Shown in pieces: positions 57,826 to 64,000 of a stretch of 64,000 bases of DNA. The stretch spans positions 2,703,516-2,767,515 of the forward strand of contig OZ220742.1 of the NCBI GenBank assembly GCA_965116955.1. Direction: 5' to 3'. Source of the stretch: Thermoanaerobaculia bacterium. Its GTDB lineage: Bacteria > Acidobacteriota > Thermoanaerobaculia > Multivoradales > Multivoraceae. Numbering within the stretch: position 1 is the first letter of the stretch; each line of letters opens with the position of its first letter. A model generated the notes under the pieces. That model ran no database searches, was not told the DNA's origin, and saw nothing but the letters and a program-made list of their open reading frames with translations. A program made the position numbers and the translations under genes.

Positions 57826-57843
57826 GCCCCGGGCCGGCCGCCG

Positions 57844-59262
57844 TCAGACCTCCGGCCAGTTCGGGTGCCAGGGACGGGCGCGTTCGAACAGCCGGGCAGC
57901 CCGCAGCACCAGGTCGTCCCGGTGTCGCGGTCCGACGATCTGCAGGCCGACCGGCAGGCCGGTGTCGGACAGGCCGGCGCGCACCGTTGCCGCCGGGTGC
58001 CCGGACATGTTGAACGGAATCGTGAACGCCGCGACCCCCGCCGGCACCTGCTCCCGGCCCTCGGTGTGGGTGGGGAAGGGTCCGCGGGCTGGCGGCGGAT
58101 CGTAGGGCACGGTCGGCGTCAGCAGCAGATCGAAGCGGTCGAAGACCTCCCCGCACCAGAGATTCAGTTGAGCCCGCTCCCGCGCCGCTGCGCCGAACGT
58201 CTCGGGCGTCATTTCCCAGGAGCGTTCGAGCGCTTCCGCGAACGAGTGAGTCATGTCCGCGCGCCGGCTTCGAAGCGGTTCGTGGATCTGGCCGGCGATC
58301 AGGAAGTTGCCTAGCGCTCCCCAGGCCGCGGTGAGCATCGGCGGGCCGCCCGGTACGTGCTCCTCGAGTGGTTCGACCGAGAGACCGTCCTGATCGAAGA
58401 CGGCCGCCGCGTCCGCGGCCACCCTCGCGACGTCCGATTGGACCCTCGCGTATCCGAGGTCCGGAGACCACGCGATGCGGACGGAGGAGGGAAGTCCCGA
58501 CTCGAGCGCTTCGCGGTAGCTCAGACCGGGATGGGGCAGTGAAGCGGGATCGCAGGGCGACGGACCGGCGACCAGGTCGAGGAACAAAGCCCCGTCCTCC
58601 ACGGTGCGGGTGAGGGGACCGTAGACCGAGGTGCTGCCGTAGTCCCAGGCCTTCATCGGTCCGCGCGGTATCCGGCCCTGGCTCGGTTTCAGGCCGAACG
58701 CGCCGGTGAAACTGGCTGGAATCCGGATCGATCCGCCGCCGTCCGAGGAGGTGACCAGGGGCAGCACGCCGCCGGCCAGCACGGCGGAGGAACCGCCGCT
58801 CGATCCGCCGGGGGTGCGCTCCGGGTTCCAGGGCGAGCGCGTGACGCCGAACAACGGGTTCTTGGTGATCGCGGTGAACCCGAACTCGGGCGTGTTCGTC
58901 TTGCCGACGACGATCGCGCCGGCGTCGCGCAGCCGGGCCACCTGCGTGGAGTCCGCCTCGGCGACCGAGTCGCGGAACACCCGCGAGCCCATCGAGGTCA
59001 CCATGCCGGCCACGTCTTCCAGGTCCTTGACGCCGAGGGGCACACCCTCGAGCGGCCGGGCGTTGCCGGCAGCGCGGCGCGCGTCGGCCGCTTCGGCGTC
59101 GGCCCGCAGCTCTTCGCGCGGCCGCTGGCTGACGACGGCGTTCAGCTTCGGGTGGGTGGCCTCGATGCGCTCCAGCGTCGCCTCCATCAACTCGGTGCAG
59201 GAGACCTCCCGGGCGGAGAGGAGGTCCAGGAGCTGAATCAGGCTGAGGCGGTCGAGGTGCAT
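57844..59262 (-). CDS. Amidase-signature-family amidase.
   Basis: An internal Met MHLDRLSLIQ.. starts the protein. The AS signature is GGSSGGSSAVLAG with Ser-cisSer-Lys context (GVKDL...KTNTPEFG). The ORF track's 1224 aa version is a shadow-extended artefact. Confidence 0.85.
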   Translation of the reverse strand: MHLDRLSLIQLLDLLSAREVSCTELMEATLERIEATHPKLNAVVSQRPREELRADAEAADARRAAGNARPLEGVPLGVKDLEDVAGMVTSMGSRVFRDSVAEADSTQVARLRDAGAIVVGKTNTPEFGFTAITKNPLFGVTRSPWNPERTPGGSSGGSSAVLAGGVLPLVTSSDGGGSIRIPASFTGAFGLKPSQGRIPRGPMKAWDYGSTSVYGPLTRTVEDGALFLDLVAGPSPCDPASLPHPGLSYREALESGLPSSVRIAWSPDLGYARVQSDVARVAADAAAVFDQDGLSVEPLEEHVPGGPPMLTAAWGALGNFLIAGQIHEPLRSRRADMTHSFAEALERSWEMTPETFGAAARERAQLNLWCGEVFDRFDLLLTPTVPYDPPPARGPFPTHTEGREQVPAGVAAFTIPFNMSGHPAATVRAGLSDTGLPVGLQIVGPRHRDDLVLRAARLFERARPWHPNWPEV

Positions 59263-60524
59263 GCCGAATCTCCGGGCTGGTCGTCTGGAGCGCGGAGGAT
59301 AACCGGCAGGGCCAGCAGGAACAGCGTCCAGCGCTGAATCTCGGTGTCGCGCCAGTTCGCCTCGAACAGGCCGGCCACGTTGAGGGCCAGGAGGGCGAAG
59401 AGGACGCCCAGGTAGAGATCGGCGCGCGGCCCGGCCCGCCCACCTTCGCGGCGATAGCCCTCCAACGCCATCGCCGCCGCGGCAGCCATCAGCCAGAGAT
59501 AGGCGAGTAGAGACGGTATGCCCCGGCTGGCGGCCATGTGGACGAACGTGTTGTGCAGGTGTTTCACGCGCGGCCGGACCGAGGTCGGATGGCGATAGGC
59601 CGGGTACCACTCCCGGACCATGACCGGGCCGATCCCCGTCAAGGGTCGGTCGGCGATCATCTGGCCGCCGGCCCACAGCATGCACAGCCGGTCGTAGTTC
59701 GAGGGATTGCGGACATCGACCATCGAGGTCGCCCGCTGCCAGTAGGTCGGCCACAGGGTCGGCGCCACGGCCGCGAGCGAGACGGCGGCCAGGACCAGCG
59801 CGGCGGCAAAGCCCAGGAACACGCGGCGGCGCTGAAGGGCCATCGCCGCTACCGCGAGGGCGAAGGCGCCGAGCCAGGCGCTGCGGGTCAGGGTCAGGAT
59901 GAGCGCGCCGCCGACGAGCGCCAGGCCGAGCCAGTTGACGCGGGAACGCCAGCCGCCCGCGCTGCTCAGGCGCCCGGCGATCAGAGCGAGGCCGAGCAGG
60001 AGGACGCCGGAGAAGGTCATGTAGTGCGAGAACGGTCCGGGGATCCTCTGTTCGAGGGGGCCGTAGTCGGTGAAGGCGAACTGAGCCAGGCCGTGGACGG
60101 CGAGCACGGCCGAGATCCCGGCCAGGGAGACGATCGCGACCCGCACCTGACGCTCGCCACGGACGAGCAGGAGGGCCAGCGGCAGGGTCAGGACGGCGTA
60201 GAGCGTGGAGAGTTCCTGGAGGCTGGTCGCCGGATCGTAGGAGAAGGCGGCCGAGAGCACGAAGCAACCCGCGTACAGGCCTAGCGGGAGCAGGATCCGC
60301 CGTCGCCGTCGCCGGTCCTCGTCGCCGCTGCCGAAGTGGAGCCGCCGCCGGCGGACGGCGGCCCAGATCAGGGTGAAAAAGAGGAGGAAGTTCGACAGCG
60401 CGATGCCGAACGTGGTGACGAGATGGCTCACGAAGAGCCAGAACCCCGTGCCGCCCTCCGCCGCGCGGAATGGCCGGATCAGGGCGCGCCGGATTGCCGC
60501 CATCGCCCCTCGCGCCGCACTCAT
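59238..60524 (-). CDS. O-antigen ligase / Wzy_C-family membrane protein.
   Basis: The 428 aa protein has about 10 or more TM segments and the Wzy_C loop motif ALILTLTRSAWLG. It overlaps the amidase start by 25 nt. Confidence 0.7.
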   Translation of the reverse strand: MSAARGAMAAIRRALIRPFRAAEGGTGFWLFVSHLVTTFGIALSNFLLFFTLIWAAVRRRRLHFGSGDEDRRRRRRILLPLGLYAGCFVLSAAFSYDPATSLQELSTLYAVLTLPLALLLVRGERQVRVAIVSLAGISAVLAVHGLAQFAFTDYGPLEQRIPGPFSHYMTFSGVLLLGLALIAGRLSSAGGWRSRVNWLGLALVGGALILTLTRSAWLGAFALAVAAMALQRRRVFLGFAAALVLAAVSLAAVAPTLWPTYWQRATSMVDVRNPSNYDRLCMLWAGGQMIADRPLTGIGPVMVREWYPAYRHPTSVRPRVKHLHNTFVHMAASRGIPSLLAYLWLMAAAAAMALEGYRREGGRAGPRADLYLGVLFALLALNVAGLFEANWRDTEIQRWTLFLLALPVILRAPDDQPGDSACTSTASA

Positions 60525-60608
60525 GCCGGCAGTCTACGTCGGTGCGCCGGCCTTCCGGCCGGCATCCGCCGCAGGCGGTGAACGTCAATCCGCGACTGCT
60601 GCCAACCG

Positions 60609-63146
60609 CTATCTCCCCCGGCTCCGCACACCGGTCACCGTAAGCCCCGCCCGCGACACTTCGACCTGAATGTCCCGGAGCCCGTCGCCACCCGCCTCGA
60701 TCCCGGGCGGCGGCTCGAAGGCGATCAGGTACTGCGAGCGAAGAGCTCGCTCGATCTCCCGGTAGACGCGGTCCAGGTCCCCGACCGAATCGGCCGTGTG
60801 GTAGCGGCCGCCGGTGCGTTCCGCGAGGCGCCTGAGCGCCTCGGTGGTTGCCGGGTCGGAGACCCTCAGGGCGATCGGGTAGACGACGACGCCGGCGAGT
60901 TCGACCTGCGCGAGCACGGGCTCGAAGTCGAGGTTGCTGTCCGTGTCGGCGCCGTCGCTGAGCACGACCAGGGCGCGCCGATCCGGACGGCCCGCGAACG
61001 ACGACACGGCGTAGGCGATCCCGTCGTAGAGGCGCGTGGCGCCCCATGCGCGCAGGCCCTCGGCGGCGTAGCGGAGCAGGCGCGTGTCGCCCGAGAACGG
61101 CGCCAGGCGGTCCAGGTCGTGGTTGAAGACGATCAGGCTGGCGGTATCGCGATCGGTCAGGATGCCCTCGAAGAAGCGCTGCGCGCTGGTCGCGGCGACG
61201 CGGACGCCGCGGCCCATCGAACTCGAGATGTCCATCAGCAGAGCGACGGTGAGCGGCCGGTCGGCGAGATTTCGGAAGTCGCGGATCCGTGCCTCGACGC
61301 CCCGGTGCAGAACACGGAAGTCGGCCGCGGCCAGTCCCGTTGCCGGCTCCGCCTGCCGGCCTCCGACGGAGACCAGCAGGTCGACGAGGCGCACCTCGAT
61401 CTCTTCCGGCGCCCCCGACCCGAGGAAGGCGAGGTCCTCGACCGTTTCGCCCGTACGGAGCGTGGCGGCGGCCCGGACGAAGCTCAGCGGCAGGCGCAGC
61501 CCGGCCGGAACCCGGCACCGGAACGGCGGCGCGGTCATGCTCTCGAGGAGTTCGGCGTCCAGATGGCAGTCGACGCGGTCCAGCTCCCGGCCGGAAGGGA
61601 CGTCGACGCGCACGGGCAGGTCGAGCGCCTCTTCGATGAACGCCGGGTCCGGGCGTTCGAGCGCGATCGAGAATGGGTGCTCCTCCCGCTCGATCTCCAG
61701 TGCGTGACGGGCCAGGAGCGCTCCCGCGGCGTCGTGTCCCCGGACCTCGATCCGGTGGCGGCGGTCCGGTAGATCAATGTCCTGCACGAAGGGAGGAGCG
61801 TCGACGGTTGCGACCGTCTCGCCGTCGCGCAGGAGGACGATCCCGGAGACCGCCGGGCTGGCGACGACCCGGGCGGTGAAGGTCGAGCCGAGGACGCGGC
61901 CCTCGGGCGCCAGCAACTCGACGCTCGGCAACTGGTTGAGCGCGATCGTCTCGCGCCGGCTCAGGAGGCCGAGACCCGGTACGTCGGGCGGCACCTCGAG
62001 CTCGGGCACTTCGAGCGTCCGGCTCGTGCGGAGCAGCCCGCGGCCCAGTCGGTCCTCGGCGCGGATCTCGATCCGGTAGGCGCCGGCCGGCAGCCGGCGG
62101 TAGAAGTCGAGGGCGATGTCTGTGCCGCCGGAGGCGGCCTCCAGGGCTGAGGAGCCGCCGCTCAGGTGATGAGTGACGACGAAAGCGTCGGCCAGCCGGT
62201 CGCGCAGGAAGACGTCGCCGGTGATCGTCACGCGATCGAGGATCTGGCCGGCGCCGATGGCGGTGAGGTACTCGGGCGGCAGTTGCAGCCGGCCGCGCAT
62301 CGCGGTCCGCCGGTTCTCCGTGCCGAGGGGTTCGAAGTCGAGCACGGTGCCCGGCAGGGCCATGGCGTCCACGTCGAGCACGGCTTCAACGCGAAGGAAG
62401 CGGTCGATCCAGTCCGCCCCGGGCGTTTCCTCGTCAGGCGCGGCACCGGTCCACTCCAGCCGGTCGATGAACTCTCGCCAACTGACGGCGCGCCCGAGCC
62501 GCCGCTCCAGGCGGCGCCGCTCGGTCGGGGTCATGCATCGGCGCCGTTCGGCCTGGTCGAGCACCCGGAACGCTCCGGCCAGCGGCGTCTCGGCGTCGTC
62601 TTCGTGGCCGCTGTCCGGTCGTTCCGGGTCGAAGGTCAGATCGACGCCGGAGGACGGCGACCACAGCCGCATGGATCGCGGGTCGAAGTTCACCTGCTGG
62701 ACGAAGGCCAGAACGATCTCGTCCTGGCCTGGGGGAGGCGGACGACCGAGCTGGTGTTCGAGTCGCCAGCCGTCGTAGGTCCAGATTTCGATTCGCCTGA
62801 GCTTCGACTCGCAGGGTTCGACCGTCTGGCGGTCGGCCGGCTTGCCGGCGAGGAGCACGGCGCGCTCCATCGCCGGCGAGCGTTCCCGGAGCTGTTCGCG
62901 GGCCTCGCGGTTCTCCTGCCAGCGCTCGAGCAGGCGCTCAGGCCGCGCCGCCCAGAAGGCGCGGAGGAAGCGCTCGCGCGAGCCCGGCCCTTCCAGACGC
63001 TCGAAGGCCCGGCGCTCCGCCTCGGCAACCAGCGGCGCCACTTCCGCAAGCCACTGCTCGTAGAAGTCCGTCAGCCGCGCCTGCGGCCGGCGGCTGCCCT
63101 GGGCTTCGGCGGGTGTCGCGGCAGCGGCGAGCAGCGCCGCCGCCAC
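60609..63146 (-). CDS. Large VWA-domain protein. The C-terminal von Willebrand A domain resembles the Acidobacteria-type VWFA family. The start is uncertain; the frame is open further upstream with a hydrophobic signal-like segment.
   Basis: The VWA MIDAS motif is LLMDISSSMG, with downstream GATRLYDGIAYAV and VVLSDGADTDS. The protein is 845 aa and the ORF begins at a GTG. Confidence 0.7.
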   Translation of the reverse strand: MAAALLAAAATPAEAQGSRRPQARLTDFYEQWLAEVAPLVAEAERRAFERLEGPGSRERFLRAFWAARPERLLERWQENREAREQLRERSPAMERAVLLAGKPADRQTVEPCESKLRRIEIWTYDGWRLEHQLGRPPPPGQDEIVLAFVQQVNFDPRSMRLWSPSSGVDLTFDPERPDSGHEDDAETPLAGAFRVLDQAERRRCMTPTERRRLERRLGRAVSWREFIDRLEWTGAAPDEETPGADWIDRFLRVEAVLDVDAMALPGTVLDFEPLGTENRRTAMRGRLQLPPEYLTAIGAGQILDRVTITGDVFLRDRLADAFVVTHHLSGGSSALEAASGGTDIALDFYRRLPAGAYRIEIRAEDRLGRGLLRTSRTLEVPELEVPPDVPGLGLLSRRETIALNQLPSVELLAPEGRVLGSTFTARVVASPAVSGIVLLRDGETVATVDAPPFVQDIDLPDRRHRIEVRGHDAAGALLARHALEIEREEHPFSIALERPDPAFIEEALDLPVRVDVPSGRELDRVDCHLDAELLESMTAPPFRCRVPAGLRLPLSFVRAAATLRTGETVEDLAFLGSGAPEEIEVRLVDLLVSVGGRQAEPATGLAAADFRVLHRGVEARIRDFRNLADRPLTVALLMDISSSMGRGVRVAATSAQRFFEGILTDRDTASLIVFNHDLDRLAPFSGDTRLLRYAAEGLRAWGATRLYDGIAYAVSSFAGRPDRRALVVLSDGADTDSNLDFEPVLAQVELAGVVVYPIALRVSDPATTEALRRLAERTGGRYHTADSVGDLDRVYREIERALRSQYLIAFEPPPGIEAGGDGLRDIQVEVSRAGLTVTGVRSRGR

Positions 63147-63216
63147 GAAGAGCGCCGGTGCGGCCGCGCCGGCGCGGCCGCACCGGGGAACGAGCTGTTT
63201 CGGGCGGGTCGAGCCC

Positions 63217-63999
63217 CTACTCCGGCAGGAGCGCCTTGATCACGTCGGAAGGCTCGAAGACGCTCGGGTCGACGTTGTCCCAAGTCACAGACTCGATGGT
63301 CTGGGTCATCTCCATGCCCATGACGCCGATGACCACTTGGCCTGGTGCCATCACGCCTTCGAAGTCTCTGTAGTCGTTTGAAACGACGGTGATGTCGACG
63401 GTACCCATCTCGTTTGTTTGGGTCGTCTCGATGCCGATCAAGAGGCCTGTGGCCTTAGCGAAGTAGTGCGACGACTGGTTTCCGTCGTGGTCGAGCAAAT
63501 CGACCTGGTAGGCGAGCTGGCCGTTCCAGTCGGACTCCCCAACCGTCGTCTGTTCCGGGTAGATCTCGTCGTACTCCAACTCGGCATAGAAGCGTGCGTT
63601 GCGTGCGGCGTCTTTCAGCATCTGGCCTTCCAGAATGCGGGTGCCTTGCATCGGGTCGGCGGCCCACCCAATGTCGCCGTTGTAGGCAGTGACGGATTCA
63701 CCGAAGCCCGCCAAGACCGTCGTTTCCAAGTACTTGTCGGGGGCCATTTGGTGGATCGTCGTCTCGCCGGCGAGGCCTGCCGCGGGCATATCGAACGTGG
63801 CCTTGGTGGTTGCCGAGTTGTACGCCCGGATAGCCTTCTCGCCGCCGAGCGCGTCGATGTAGCGGGAGACGATCTCCGCAGGGCTGGGCAGTTCGTGATT
63901 GTCGGCGAGGAGAAGCGCTGCAGTCGCGCTACTGCCAAGAAAAGCCAAGGCGGTGAGAAGGAGGGTGATTCGGTGCGGTCGAAAGTAACTTGAAGCCAA
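63217..63999 (-). CDS. Hypothetical secreted protein (260 aa).
   Basis: The signal peptide is MASSYFRPHRITLLLTALAFLGSSATAALLLA. GC is lower locally. No motif was recognised. Confidence 0.45.
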   Translation of the reverse strand: MASSYFRPHRITLLLTALAFLGSSATAALLLADNHELPSPAEIVSRYIDALGGEKAIRAYNSATTKATFDMPAAGLAGETTIHQMAPDKYLETTVLAGFGESVTAYNGDIGWAADPMQGTRILEGQMLKDAARNARFYAELEYDEIYPEQTTVGESDWNGQLAYQVDLLDHDGNQSSHYFAKATGLLIGIETTQTNEMGTVDITVVSNDYRDFEGVMAPGQVVIGVMGMEMTQTIESVTWDNVDPSVFEPSDVIKALLPE

Positions 64000-64000
64000 G

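Noticed and set aside
57844-61518. 1224 aa ORF containing the amidase.
   Set aside because: Only the C-terminal 472 aa, from the internal Met MHLDRLS.., are amidase-like. The upstream part is a Pro/Arg/Gly-rich shadow that overlaps the O-antigen-ligase and VWA genes.

Overview
This is a 64 kb window of about 70% GC bacterial chromosome. Outer-membrane beta-barrels, lipoproteins and GGAGG ribosome-binding sites indicate a Gram-negative-type organism. An Acidobacteria-style VWA protein is a weak taxonomic hint. Most of the window is ordinary metabolic and housekeeping coding sequence at high density, with many gene ends touching or overlapping. A nitrogen-control cluster sits at the start: a glnE-like adenylyltransferase convergent with amtB-glnK, next to a copper amine oxidase. 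Other recognisable genes include trkA-trkH, uppS, a fadB-like fatty-acid oxidation enzyme, an acyl-CoA synthetase, a two-subunit aconitase X, a PQQ dehydrogenase, F420/luciferase-like oxidoreductases, a PhoD phosphatase, an amidase, an O-antigen ligase and an M42 peptidase. Three type II toxin-antitoxin pairs are present: RES/DUF2384, PIN-VapC/Phd and HepT/MntA. The region most worth a second look is a low-GC (about 58%) insertion at about 11.56-15.9 kb, placed immediately after a serine-hydrolase gene. The last 342 bp of that gene are repeated about 1.9 kb downstream at about 91% identity. The insertion carries the RES/DUF2384 pair, a small ORF, a HEXXH metallopeptidase-like protein (332 aa) translationally overlapping a small membrane protein (139 aa), and a decayed IS21 istB fragment. 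Other unusual items are listed below. (1) The glnE homolog has two ACT domains and an Arg-rich low-complexity tract between its two nucleotidyltransferase halves. (2) A cytochrome c is fused to a copper monooxygenase domain of the peptidylglycine alpha-hydroxylating monooxygenase (PHM) type; this domain is referred to below as 'PHM-like'. (3) Two genes have probable non-ATG/GTG/TTG starts. (4) Candidate regulatory palindromes and a weak sigma-54-like element lie upstream of amtB. No rRNA, tRNA or CRISPR arrays were seen. Many long antisense ORFs in the track are GC-driven shadows and were rejected. All functional calls come from motif and architecture recognition by eye, not from database searches.
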